Numbered from the stretch's first letter, positions 16,224 through 25,435 are shown. The stretch is DNA of 33,972 nt from Deltaproteobacteria bacterium (GCA_026388495.1 JAPLJQ010000256.1:1-33972); one strand, 5' to 3'. Notes: generated by a model from the letters alone, not told the origin. Numbers and translations are program-made.

Positions 16224-17420
16224 CTAATATTTCCAGGTCTTCAGCCAATCAACGGGGTAGACAAATTTTTTGGTGGCGATGTTTGCAGGCCAGACCAGTT
16301 CGAGCTTTCCGTTGATCCACTGGACGACATAGGTAGGCAGTTTATTCTGGTTTTTGAACTTTGCGTAAGATATAAATTTAACCGGACCGAAAACGGTCAT
16401 CGCATAGGTTTCCGACAATGCCTGTTTAATATCGGCAGGTTTAAATGATTTCGCCCTGATCAGTGCGTCGGCTATAATTTGCCCGGCCGCATAGGCCTCA
16501 GCACCGTGATATTCTGTTTCGCTCTTATATGTTTTTACGTATTTCTTAAAGTAGTCCATGGCGCCCGGATATTTAAGATTCTGATACCATAAAGTGGCGG
16601 AGATGACTTTTTCGGAAGCGACTTGCGCATTTTTCCGGAACTCCGGCATGGTGAAGCCTGCCGCCCCACCGATAAAAATCTTCGGCGTTATTTTAAGCTC
16701 TTTTGCCTGCTTCATGAGCAGAGAGGCGTCCATGATGTAGGATACCATATAAACGACGTCGGGATTGAGCTGCTTCACCCGGACCAAAACCGGTTTGAAA
16801 TCGATGCCGCCCGCCTCATAGCCCTGCTTTAACAGAACCTTGTATCCCAATTGCTTGCAGGTAGCCTCGAAGGATTTTGCGCCCGATGTCCCGAACAGTG
16901 AGTTCTCGTGGAGAATGACCACGGTTTGCGGTTTTACAATATCGGTGAGGAGGGATTCAATCGCCCCCGCGTATTCGCTGACGGGGGGGTTTAACCGGAA
17001 GATATAGTCCCAGCCGGAAGTCGTAATGTTATCCGCCGAACCGGTATTGACAAGGAATGGAATGCGGTTTTGCTGAGCGACTCCCGCAACTGCATAGGTG
17101 ACGGAACTGGAATATCCACCACCGAGCATGACAACCTTATCCTTGGTGATCAACTTTTCCACCACGGAGCGCCCAACATCCGGGCGCCCTGTATCATCTT
17201 CGATAATCAGTTCAATTTTTTCCCCTTTAACTCCACCTCTTTTATTGATCTCTGCAATTGCCATCTCAAAGGATCTCTTCTCGATTTCGCCGAATTTTGC
17301 CTCGGCGCCGGTCAGAGGGAGGACAATTCCCACCTTCACTGCAGCCGCCGGGGACGCTCCGGTGAGCAAAAGACCCATGGTAAATAAGACACAAAACAAT
17401 ATCCGTGCAAACCTCTTCAT
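16224..17420 (-). CDS. Branched-chain amino acid ABC transporter substrate-binding protein (LivJ/K-like)
   Basis: It has a signal peptide (MKRFARILFCVLFTMGLLLTGASPAAA) followed by a type-I periplasmic binding fold sequence. The ATG at 17420 is preceded by AAGGAGG. The longer start at 17501 is rejected. Confidence 0.9.
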   Translation of the reverse strand: MKRFARILFCVLFTMGLLLTGASPAAAVKVGIVLPLTGAEAKFGEIEKRSFEMAIAEINKRGGVKGEKIELIIEDDTGRPDVGRSVVEKLITKDKVVMLGGGYSSSVTYAVAGVAQQNRIPFLVNTGSADNITTSGWDYIFRLNPPVSEYAGAIESLLTDIVKPQTVVILHENSLFGTSGAKSFEATCKQLGYKVLLKQGYEAGGIDFKPVLVRVKQLNPDVVYMVSYIMDASLLMKQAKELKITPKIFIGGAAGFTMPEFRKNAQVASEKVISATLWYQNLKYPGAMDYFKKYVKTYKSETEYHGAEAYAAGQIIADALIRAKSFKPADIKQALSETYAMTVFGPVKFISYAKFKNQNKLPTYVVQWINGKLELVWPANIATKKFVYPVDWLKTWKY

Positions 17421-17472
17421 CGCTCCAACCTCCTTTTTGTTTAGAGAAACTCTAAAAGCATTGCTCTGAGTG

Positions 17473-17501
17473 AGTTTAAAGAAATGACGTTTTAATGTCA
17501 A
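17473..17501 (-). promoter_or_regulatory. Candidate sigma70-type promoter for the liv operon
   Basis: On the minus strand: TTGACA (17501-17496), a 17-bp spacer, then TAAACT (17478-17473). A 7-bp inverted repeat TTTAGAG-aaa-CTCTAAA (17440-17456) lies in the leader. Confidence 0.5.
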
Positions 17502-17523
17502 GGCAGAAATTCCCCAAAAAGTC

Positions 17524-18381
17524 TTATCGACTGTAGCTCGAACCGAAGCGGGTCACGAGGACGCTCCCCAAACCGAGGACAATGGCGAAAACCTTCAGCA
17601 TCCAGCCTACATACGGGATCCATCCGATAAGCCACAGGATAATCAGCCCCCAGATTGTTTCCCTCACTATGCTGTGATCGTGTCTCTTTAACACGGTAAA
17701 CAGTTTTTCTCCGACGAGCTGCGATACGGCAACGAATCCAAACAGAACGGCGAAGAGAACAACCGTCATTTCCAGGGGGATGAGCACAATGCCTATGACT
17801 GAAACAGCCAGCAACACGGCCAGGGGGACGACCAATATCAATCCCACAATTCCCCACAGCGTCACTTTCAACGGCATCTCCCGGATGGCTGTTGAGATAA
17901 CACGGATGGGTTGGGGAATGAAGTAAACGATGAGCAGGGTCAGCATGAGCACGCCGATAAAAATGGACACTGAGACAATGGCAAAAATCCACGACCATCC
18001 CTCCCATTCATCGCTTAAGGCTTTTGTTATGGCCGCGGAGATATCTTCCGAGTTGATCTCTGTCAGATTACCATGAACTTCTGCACCCCTCCCCTGGACA
18101 ATAACCCCTCCGAGGGATATTACATTTCCGCCGATAACAGCCGATTGTGTCAGAACTACGGAGCCGCCGACGGCGACCACATGGTTTTCAACAAAGCCGT
18201 CTATGGTAATCTGCCCCCCGACGGTCAGGACGTTACGGACCTTTGTGCCTTCCTCGATCGTTATGTCGCTGCCTATCTTTACGACATTTGCGCTTTCCGC
18301 CCGGACGGTTAAGGCAAAACCGAGGAACAATCCTGCAATCAGGAAGAAGATCAGGTTTTTTACGATTCGTCTGTCCATCAT
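17524..18381 (-). CDS. Membrane protein with an N-terminal bactofilin-like beta-helical repeat region and a C-terminal multi-TM domain
   Basis: It has a signal peptide or anchor, then repeated V-G-G-x-I/V strands (VLTVGGQITIDG..VVAVGGSVVL..VIGGNVISLGGVIV), then about 5 TM helices. Confidence 0.55.
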   Translation of the reverse strand: MMDRRIVKNLIFFLIAGLFLGFALTVRAESANVVKIGSDITIEEGTKVRNVLTVGGQITIDGFVENHVVAVGGSVVLTQSAVIGGNVISLGGVIVQGRGAEVHGNLTEINSEDISAAITKALSDEWEGWSWIFAIVSVSIFIGVLMLTLLIVYFIPQPIRVISTAIREMPLKVTLWGIVGLILVVPLAVLLAVSVIGIVLIPLEMTVVLFAVLFGFVAVSQLVGEKLFTVLKRHDHSIVRETIWGLIILWLIGWIPYVGWMLKVFAIVLGLGSVLVTRFGSSYSR

Positions 18382-18387
18382 TGATCG

Positions 18388-19035
18388 TTACACCTGTGAA
18401 GATCGAAAATGGTGTCTGAAATATTCAATCACAACCGGCAACATGGAAATAATGATAATTGCAAAAACGACGATGGTGAAGTTATTTTTCACGACAGGCA
18501 GGTTTCCGAAATAATACCCCCCGAGAACAAAAATGGCAACCCAGGATATACTGCCTAAAACATTGTACAGGAAAAAGCGTGAATAGGTCATTTTCCCGAT
18601 ACCGGCTACAAAAGGGGCAAAGGTACGGATGATCGGGAGGAATCTTGCGATGACGATCGTTTTGCCTCCGTGTTTTTCGTAAAATTGATGGGTCCGGTCC
18701 AGGTATGCTTTATTCAAAAAACGGACATTTTCCTTTTGAAAAATTTTTGGGCCAACGAAATATCCGATGGCATAGTTCACAATGTTCCCGGAGACAGCGG
18801 CAATCGAAAGCAAAATCAACAGCCATTCGATTTCAAGAGCGCCAAGGGCGGCAAAGGTGCCCAGTCCGAACAGAAGGGAGTCTCCCGGAAGGATCGGCGT
18901 AACCACCAGACCGGTTTCGCAGAAGATGATCATAAAGATAATAAAATATGTCCACCCGCCGAAGTTTTGAATCATCTCGGCAAGATGTATGTCAAGGTGG
19001 ATAAAAAAATCAATAAAGCTGATGATGAATTCCAT
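18388..19035 (-). CDS. DedA family membrane protein
   Basis: It has ETGLVVTPILPGDSLLF, the GYFFG-type motif (IGYFVGPKIF) and IARFLPIIRTFAPFVAGIG. Confidence 0.85.
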   Translation of the reverse strand: MEFIISFIDFFIHLDIHLAEMIQNFGGWTYFIIFMIIFCETGLVVTPILPGDSLLFGLGTFAALGALEIEWLLILLSIAAVSGNIVNYAIGYFVGPKIFQKENVRFLNKAYLDRTHQFYEKHGGKTIVIARFLPIIRTFAPFVAGIGKMTYSRFFLYNVLGSISWVAIFVLGGYYFGNLPVVKNNFTIVVFAIIIISMLPVVIEYFRHHFRSSQV

Positions 19036-19127
19036 TTTTTAGTACTATAGGAAAGGGACGGTTGTGTCAATACCAAAGAAGAATAATGACATGCGATGTT
19101 TTCACCTTTTCCCGGCGGTCTTTTTGA

Positions 19128-19156
19128 TTGCCATTTTGAAGGGTTGTCTCTATAAT
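19128..19156 (+). promoter_or_regulatory. Candidate promoter placing the transcription start at or next to the hypA ATG
   Basis: TTGCCA (19128-19133), a 17-bp spacer, then a perfect TATAAT (19151-19156). The hypA ATG starts 7 nt after the -10 box, and there is no SD in between. Confidence 0.4.
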
Positions 19157-19162
19157 CAAATC

Positions 19163-19513
19163 ATGCACGAACTGTCTGTTACCGAAAGCATTCTTAGCAT
19201 CGTCATAAAACATGCGGAAAAAAATCATGTTGAGAAAGTCGTGACCATCCATCTTAAAATCGGCGAACTTACGGACCTGGTAGATGAATATATCCAGCAT
19301 TATTTTGACTATCTCAGCATGGGTACGATTGCGGAGGGGGCGGTGCTGAATATGGAAAGATCTCCCGTCGTCTTTCAATGCACCGACTGCAAAACGACGT
19401 TTCAAGTGTCTTTGAAGGGTTCGGGGAAAATCGTTTGCAGTCAATGCGGCGGCGCAAAGGTGGCCATCGTTTCCGGCCGCGAGTTTCATATAAAACATAT
19501 AGAGGTGATATAA
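19163..19513 (+). CDS. hypA: Hydrogenase nickel-insertion metallochaperone HypA
   Basis: It has the canonical MHELSV N-terminus (Ni site) and the zinc motif CTDC...CSQCGG. At 116 aa it is the right length. The upstream part of the listed ORF is rejected. Confidence 0.9.
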   Translation: MHELSVTESILSIVIKHAEKNHVEKVVTIHLKIGELTDLVDEYIQHYFDYLSMGTIAEGAVLNMERSPVVFQCTDCKTTFQVSLKGSGKIVCSQCGGAKVAIVSGREFHIKHIEVI

Positions 19514-20208
19514 TGGCGGATATACGCCTGATCGAAATCAAGGAAGACATCCTGTCCGACAACAAAAACCTTGCAGACGAGATCAGGGCTATGCTCCAAA
19601 GGCATCACGTTTTCTTATTGAATCTGATGGCATCGCCGGGAGGCGGCAAGACAAGCCTTATCGTGCAGACGATCCGCGAATTAAAGGATGTTTTCAGAAT
19701 CGGGGTCATAGAGGGCGATATCGATTCTGTGGTTGATGCGGAAATTGTCAGCAGGGAAGGCGTCCCCGCCGTGCAGTTGAAAACGGGCGGTTTCTGTCAT
19801 CTTGACGCCTCCATGATCGATATGGCCTTGAAAGAGATGGAGCTGTCGAACCTGGATCTCATCATGATTGAAAATATCGGAAACCTCGTATGTCCCGCGG
19901 AGTTCGATACGGGGGCCATGAAAAATGTCATGATCCTGAGCGTTCCCGAAGGCGATGACAAACCCCTGAAATACCCCCTGATGTTCAGCATCTGTGATGT
20001 GCTGCTGGTTAATAAAATCGATTACCTGAGTGTGGCCGATTTCGATATGAATGTCCTGAAGGAAAGGGTCTTCAATCTGAATCCGAAAATAAAAATATTT
20101 GAGGTATCCTGTAAAACGGGTGAGGGAATTCATGCGTGGGTCCGGTGGCTTTCAGACGAAATGAACGCCTGCGTAAAAAATATTCTTATCAATAATGAAC
20201 CTCTGTAA
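19513..20208 (+). CDS. hypB: Hydrogenase nickel-incorporation GTPase HypB
   Basis: It has the P-loop SPGGGKTSL, the CH motif (GGFCHLDA), ENIGNLVCP and NKID. Its ATG overlaps the hypA stop (TAATG). Confidence 0.92.
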   Translation: MADIRLIEIKEDILSDNKNLADEIRAMLQRHHVFLLNLMASPGGGKTSLIVQTIRELKDVFRIGVIEGDIDSVVDAEIVSREGVPAVQLKTGGFCHLDASMIDMALKEMELSNLDLIMIENIGNLVCPAEFDTGAMKNVMILSVPEGDDKPLKYPLMFSICDVLLVNKIDYLSVADFDMNVLKERVFNLNPKIKIFEVSCKTGEGIHAWVRWLSDEMNACVKNILINNEPL

Positions 20209-20244
20209 GGGTTGCAAAACTTGGATTGAAGGAGGGATTCACCG

Positions 20245-21327
20245 ATGGACGCTTATGAAAAACTGCGGGAGATTCTTGATGCCCATCCCACGGGCGCTCC
20301 GAAATCGAAGGCACTGAATGAGATTCTTCGGATTCTTTTTACCCCTGAGGAGGCGGCCATTGCGCTGCATATGAACTTCTCCCCCAGACCCGTTGAAGCA
20401 ATTGCCTCTGCATGCGGCATGCCGGTCCGCGACGCAGAAAAAACGCTTGAGGCCATGGCGGACAAGGTCGTCGTCTTTTCAAGGGAGAAAGAAGGGAAAC
20501 GGTCCTACGGTCTGCTGCCCACGATACCGGGATTGTTCGAATATCCGCTCATGCGGGGCGGCGGCACTCCAGACCTCGACAGACTGGGGAAGCTATGGGT
20601 CAAATATCATGATGAAAGCCTGGCGTCTTCCTTCGCGGGAAAGCCGACGCCGCTCGCCAGAGTTGTGCCTGTCGAACAATCCGTAGAAGCCGCTATGACG
20701 ATTTATCCCTATGAACAGGTATCGGAACTGATCGGAAAAGCCGATTACGTTGCCCTCGCCCATTGTGCCTGCAGGGTAAGTGCGGGCGCCTGTGATGCGC
20801 CGAAGGAAGTCTGCCTGTTTTTCGATGCTCCGGGGCGCTTTCTGGTGCAGCGTGGATATGCCCGGGAGATAAGCCGGGAGGAAGCCCGCTGTGTCCTCGA
20901 CCTTTCAGAAGAAGCGGGCCTTGTTCATACGAGCAACAACAGTGCGGATAAGGCGGGGTTCATCTGTAACTGCTGTACATGCTGCTGTACCATTCTCACA
21001 TGCTGGACCCGCCTTAAACTCCCCCATGCCTTTTCAACCAGCGGATTTTATGCCAGGGTGGATGCTGACGCCTGCACAGGGTGCCGGGTTTGCGCCGATG
21101 AACGCTGTCCGGTGGAAGCGATAGAAATAGCGGGCGACGTGGCTGAAATCGACAGAGATAAATGCATCGGCTGCGGGTTGTGTGCAACGGCCTGTCCGGC
21201 AAACGCTATGACGCTCATAAAAAGGATCATGGAACCAGCTGTACCGGCGACGGTTCAGGAACTGGGGATGAAGGTACTGGCGGAGAAGGGCAAACTGGAT
21301 CGCTTTCTGGAGGTCATGAAGCGTTGA
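20245..21327 (+). CDS. Fe-S protein with two ferredoxin-type [4Fe-4S] motifs plus extra Cys clusters
   Basis: It has CTGCRVCADERCP and CIGCGLCATACP, plus CACRV...C...C and CNCCTCCC clusters. An AAGGAGGG SD lies upstream. Confidence 0.75.
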   Translation: MDAYEKLREILDAHPTGAPKSKALNEILRILFTPEEAAIALHMNFSPRPVEAIASACGMPVRDAEKTLEAMADKVVVFSREKEGKRSYGLLPTIPGLFEYPLMRGGGTPDLDRLGKLWVKYHDESLASSFAGKPTPLARVVPVEQSVEAAMTIYPYEQVSELIGKADYVALAHCACRVSAGACDAPKEVCLFFDAPGRFLVQRGYAREISREEARCVLDLSEEAGLVHTSNNSADKAGFICNCCTCCCTILTCWTRLKLPHAFSTSGFYARVDADACTGCRVCADERCPVEAIEIAGDVAEIDRDKCIGCGLCATACPANAMTLIKRIMEPAVPATVQELGMKVLAEKGKLDRFLEVMKR

Positions 21328-21381
21328 TTGATTTTCCCGATGCTCACTTTTCAATAATGTCCTGAAAGGATATTGTTCAGT

Positions 21382-22404
21382 ATGTCTATCGAAAAAAGCA
21401 TTTCCGGTTTCACGCTCTTGCTGCTTCACAATATCGATCCGGCATGGGAGCCTGATGAAGCCGAGCAGGCCATTCGGGAAGTCGCCGCCTTTGAATCCGC
21501 CGTCCGGGATACGGGGCAGCCGCTGACGACGATAACGGTCCGCAGCGACGATCTCGCCTCGTACCTTAAAGGGTATGATCCCGACCGGCATATCGTGTTC
21601 AACTGGTGCGAAGAGATTCCCGGCATCTCACACAGCGAGGCGCTGGCCCCCCGGACGCTGGAAGCCTTGAAGTTCACCTATACGGGTTCGACGCCCGATG
21701 TGTTGACATACTGCTGGGACAAGGTGAAAGTCAAACAGTTGATGAATCTGTGGGGGATACCGACGCCCCGCTGGCGGGTCTATGATTCCGCGAAGACGGA
21801 TGACTGGGATTGCTTCCCCGCCATCGTAAAACCCGCAAAAGAGCATTGCAGCTTTGGCGTTACGACGGAGGCCGTTGTGAGGTCGCCGGAGGAATTGCGG
21901 ACGCGGATTGCCTGCATCATTGATACGTTCCATCAGCCCGCTCTGGTCGAAGATTTCATCGACGGGAGAGAATTTCATGTAACCCTGTGGGGGAATGGAG
22001 CCGTTGAAATGCTGCCGCCTGCTGAAATGGATTTCGGCGCTTTCGATGACGTCCGGGACCGCCTCTGCACCTATGAATCCAAGTTTCGACCCGGGTCGCG
22101 CCATTACGAGAAAATCGCTCTGAAACTGCCCGCCCCTCTGAGCGAAATCGAATACAAGCGGCTGCAATCTGCGAGTGTGCTGACATATCGTGCTTTCGGC
22201 TGCCGCGACTATGCCCGGCTGGATATCCGCTTGAGAGACGGCATCTTTTACGTTTTTGACGTTAATCCCAATTCCGATGTCAGCTCCGAAGCAAGTATGG
22301 CCTGTGCGGCTGAAGCCGCCGGCTATACCTATGGAGAGATGATCGGTCACGTCATAGATCTCGCCGCACAGCGCCATCCGATATTCAGAGCGAATATCGC
22401 CTGA
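21382..22404 (+). CDS. ATP-grasp enzyme, D-alanine--D-alanine-ligase-like family (substrate unknown)
   Basis: Ddl-like ATP-grasp blocks are present (DKVKVKQLM..GIPTP, PAIVKPAKEHCSFGV, ALVEDFIDGREFHV, RDYARLDIRL...VFDVNPN). ATG at 21382 is preferred over TTG at 21373. Confidence 0.75.
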   Translation: MSIEKSISGFTLLLLHNIDPAWEPDEAEQAIREVAAFESAVRDTGQPLTTITVRSDDLASYLKGYDPDRHIVFNWCEEIPGISHSEALAPRTLEALKFTYTGSTPDVLTYCWDKVKVKQLMNLWGIPTPRWRVYDSAKTDDWDCFPAIVKPAKEHCSFGVTTEAVVRSPEELRTRIACIIDTFHQPALVEDFIDGREFHVTLWGNGAVEMLPPAEMDFGAFDDVRDRLCTYESKFRPGSRHYEKIALKLPAPLSEIEYKRLQSASVLTYRAFGCRDYARLDIRLRDGIFYVFDVNPNSDVSSEASMACAAEAAGYTYGEMIGHVIDLAAQRHPIFRANIA

Positions 22405-22462
22405 AGCAATGAACTTATCAATGCCCTGACTGAAGTGCTTGCGAACCCACTTTCATCATTTA

Positions 22463-23182
22463 TCAGGGATTCTGGCGGAGTATCTCCTGGATTTTTGTCT
22501 GAACGGTATTACCTGCAAATATATCTTCGATGGCATAGGACAGGGCGCCGTTGATTTGCTGTTCCAGAATTTCTTCTGAAAAGCGCACATGTTCAAGGGA
22601 TGTGGCGCCTGCGGCCGAAATGGTGTAAAATATTTTCCCCTTTTGAACATCCGCGAAGAAGAGGGATAGTTTCACGTCCGCACGGTATTTTTTTATCGGT
22701 ATCTTATCGTTGCAGACAATTTCCAGTGTATCGATCTTCCCGCCTATCAATATTCTGCCCCATTCTTTTTTAATGGCATTCTCCTGAAGATTCCACGCCG
22801 GCATCTCCTCCGTTAGAGCATACCCGGCTCTGAGCATATAATCCCTAAGACTTGCGGTGAGCGCTTTCGCCGGTTTTAAATTTCTCGGAATAATCGGAAT
22901 CTGATTGCCGCTGGACGTAACCACCCTTCCTACGGACAAATCGTCTCCTGCCGGTCTCGCATCATTGAGGACGGCTATGGTAATGGGATATTTCCTTTCC
23001 ATAACGGTTGGCTTCTGGTCGGTTCTTGAGGGTTCATACTTAATGTTGACACTGTATAGAGAAGGAGCGCAAGATACCAGCAACAGGAACGCATTCAAGA
23101 GGATAACCCCCTTTATCATTGTGACTGATTGTCGATGCGGGATATTTTTTCGTTTGCTTTCTCTCAAGTCGTTCATCATCAT
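22463..23182 (-). CDS. Hypothetical lipoprotein
   Basis: It has a lipobox (LLLVSC) after a hydrophobic segment. An SD (AAGGAAA) precedes the ATG triplet at 23174-23182. I recognise no family. Confidence 0.55.
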   Translation of the reverse strand: MMMNDLRESKRKNIPHRQSVTMIKGVILLNAFLLLVSCAPSLYSVNIKYEPSRTDQKPTVMERKYPITIAVLNDARPAGDDLSVGRVVTSSGNQIPIIPRNLKPAKALTASLRDYMLRAGYALTEEMPAWNLQENAIKKEWGRILIGGKIDTLEIVCNDKIPIKKYRADVKLSLFFADVQKGKIFYTISAAGATSLEHVRFSEEILEQQINGALSYAIEDIFAGNTVQTKIQEILRQNP

Positions 23183-23352
23183 TGCATTTCCTTTCAGGAG
23201 TTACTTCCTGCTTCTACCATTTGATAACGGTGGCTGTCTATCAAAATTACCTGGGGTTCTCCTTAGAAGAGGAAGCTTGACGCATCATTTCAAATGTCCC
23301 GTTTCCCCTGGCGATCGTGCCCTAAAAGTCTGATCTGGCGGCAGGAGCCCCC

Positions 23353-24066
23353 TCAACGGATTGGATCAAGGGATCTGAGAGAACGAATACGTTCCGGGAA
23401 ATCCGTGAAGACCCCGTCAACCCCCATTGCCGCCATCTTTGCAATGTCACGGGGATCATTGACGGTATAGACAAACACCCTCAGTCCGCGCCGATGGGCG
23501 CGCTCCACGAATCCTGCATTCACGAGGTCCATGCGGGGATGCACGGAATAAACGGCATGACGCGTTGCGAACGGGGAATAACGGCGATGCATCCCGCCGA
23601 CAATCACACCGGCCCGGAGATGAGGGGCAAGCTCCTTCACCTTTGCCAGTTCCCGCTGATTGAAGGAAGATACGATAAACTGATCCCCATGCCAGCCCCG
23701 ATCCTTTATATATTGATCGATGAGAGAAATGGTCAGAGCCGCCGTATCCGGGCCTTTCAGCTCCACATTGACGCCGATTCTACAGTCCGCAAGGTCAAAC
23801 AGTTCCCGAAGCGTCGGAATTTTCTGCCCTTTGCCCGCATCGAGGGAGCGGAGATATCCCAGCGATTTCTCCATCACATACCCGGAGCCGTTCGTCGTCC
23901 GTTCGAGCCGCTCGTCGTGGATGACGATCAGTTCCCCTTCCACGGCGTACACGTCCACTTCGACCCAGTCCGCTCCCAGAACGATGGCCTTTTCCACCGC
24001 CGGTAACGTGTTTTCCGGTTCATGGCCCGATGCGCCGCGATGGGCAAAACAGAGAATCTTTTTCAT
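23353..24066 (-). CDS. ugpQ: Glycerophosphodiester phosphodiesterase
   Basis: It has the AHRGASGHEPENTL, EVDV and IHD GDPD signatures. The length is 237 aa. Confidence 0.88.
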   Translation of the reverse strand: MKKILCFAHRGASGHEPENTLPAVEKAIVLGADWVEVDVYAVEGELIVIHDERLERTTNGSGYVMEKSLGYLRSLDAGKGQKIPTLRELFDLADCRIGVNVELKGPDTAALTISLIDQYIKDRGWHGDQFIVSSFNQRELAKVKELAPHLRAGVIVGGMHRRYSPFATRHAVYSVHPRMDLVNAGFVERAHRRGLRVFVYTVNDPRDIAKMAAMGVDGVFTDFPERIRSLRSLDPIR

Positions 24067-24210
24067 GTGCCGACTTTTTTGGAAGATTTATGTATCTTTA
24101 TGCATGCCGGATTTGCTCGCCGCTATATCTGAACAATAGCAGAGGTTTAAGGGGCATGCAAGATTGAAATCGGAAAGTGAAATTATTAACAGATTGTGAT
24201 CCATATTACA

Positions 24211-24239
24211 TTGACATACAAAACCGTTTTTCTTATATT
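24211..24239 (+). promoter_or_regulatory. Candidate sigma70-type promoter for the MaoC-like gene
   Basis: TTGACA (24211-24216), a 17-bp spacer, then TATATT (24234-24239), about 77 nt upstream of the ATG. Confidence 0.5.
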
Positions 24240-24315
24240 CTTTCCAGTAAAAAGGACGTTCTCATCAAACAGACAAAATTCGGAGTAACTTATTCATAAG
24301 AAGGAGGGTCGAGTT

Positions 24316-24780
24316 ATGGTTAGTGAAGGTATAGCAGCGGGCACAAAAATTCGTAGCAGGGTTAATCGAACGATAGACAAAGGGGATTTTTCTCTCTTGC
24401 ACAGTTTCTGCTGGTTCATTTTGCCTGTTCATTGCGACGCAGAGTATGCCAAGCAAACTTGGTTTGGCGAACGTTCTCTGGCGGCTCCTATCATATTTGT
24501 CATCGCCGACGGTCTTGTCCACCGCGGCGACGCACTCACCGAACTTTTAGAAGAACATGGGTTCTCTATCGCCGCTTACATCGGTATAGAGAATGTCAAA
24601 TTCACCAAACCAGTCCTTTTCGGTGATACACTCAGAGCAGAGGCGGAAGTGACCGCGTTTCGCCCCACAAAAAATCCACTGCGAAGTTTACTATCATACA
24701 CAAACAAGACATATAACCAGCGTAATGAGTTGGTAGTGGAATATACCAGCAGTATGCTCGTTCAAAAACAGAGCCAATGA
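24316..24780 (+). CDS. MaoC-like (R)-hydratase / hotdog-fold dehydratase
   Basis: The 154-aa protein has ...PVHCDAEYAK...FGERSLAAP...IENVKFTKPVLFGDTL. An AAGGAGGG SD lies upstream. Confidence 0.7.
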   Translation: MVSEGIAAGTKIRSRVNRTIDKGDFSLLHSFCWFILPVHCDAEYAKQTWFGERSLAAPIIFVIADGLVHRGDALTELLEEHGFSIAAYIGIENVKFTKPVLFGDTLRAEAEVTAFRPTKNPLRSLLSYTNKTYNQRNELVVEYTSSMLVQKQSQ

Positions 24781-24810
24781 TTGGTTCGTGTACATTGTTT
24801 CAAGATTAGA

Positions 24811-24924
24811 GACCTTTGAAAAATGCCCCCACTTTGTCATTCCCACGAAAGTGGGAATCCAGAATGCCCTGAAAACACTGGATTCCCGTTTGCACGGGAA
24901 TGACAACTTAGACCATTTACGGCG
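24811..24924. repeat. Double-hairpin palindromic element, copy B (shorter variant, inverted relative to copy A)
   Basis: The core is GTCATTCCCAcgaaagTGGGAATCCAG...CTGGATTCCCGtttgcaCGGGAATGAC, with degenerate outer arms. Confidence 0.75.
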
Positions 24925-24988
24925 AAATTCAAAGATCTCGATTACATCAAATGAAGCGGTTGTTAAATAAAAGCGAAGGAGCTTTTTT

Positions 24989-25435
24989 GTGTCATTAGTC
25001 GGAAAAAATATCGATGCCCATTGTACGAAATGCAAACGCCTGCTGGCCCACATTGTCATGTATGAAGTTGACGGCGCCGTCAGCAGGGTTAAATGTAAAA
25101 CCTGCGGTTCGGAACACAGATACAAAAGAGAGAAGCCACAGATAAAAAGGAGCGATCCAGCGCCGCGTTCCAGGCAGGAAATGCGGGGAAAAACGGCGTC
25201 TGCGAGCCGAAAAGCGGTCAATGACGTCCCTGTCCGCTGGGAACTCAGGCAGAGCGAAATGAATACGGAAATTCCCGTAAAAACCTACAGCATTCAGGAC
25301 ATATTCAAGTTAAAAGATGTCATCCGGCATCCCGTATTCGGCCTGGGTTTTGTAGAACGGGTCATTTCAGAGACACGGATGGATGTGTTGTTCAAAGATG
25401 CTGTGAAACTAATGGCTATGAATACCCGGCCGTGA
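24989..25435 (+). CDS. Zinc-ribbon protein with a C-terminal small beta-barrel (Tudor/DUF3553-like) motif
   Basis: It has CTKC-x22-CKTC, a basic linker and a C-terminal HPVFGLGFVERV motif. The GTG start follows a GAAGGAG SD. Confidence 0.55.
   Translation: MSLVGKNIDAHCTKCKRLLAHIVMYEVDGAVSRVKCKTCGSEHRYKREKPQIKRSDPAPRSRQEMRGKTASASRKAVNDVPVRWELRQSEMNTEIPVKTYSIQDIFKLKDVIRHPVFGLGFVERVISETRMDVLFKDAVKLMAMNTRP

Noticed and set aside
17421-17501. Longer start (MTLKRHFFKL…) for the Liv substrate-binding protein.
   Set aside because: The internal ATG at 17420 has a near-perfect AAGGAGG SD and begins a canonical signal peptide. The extension overlaps the predicted promoter and leader.
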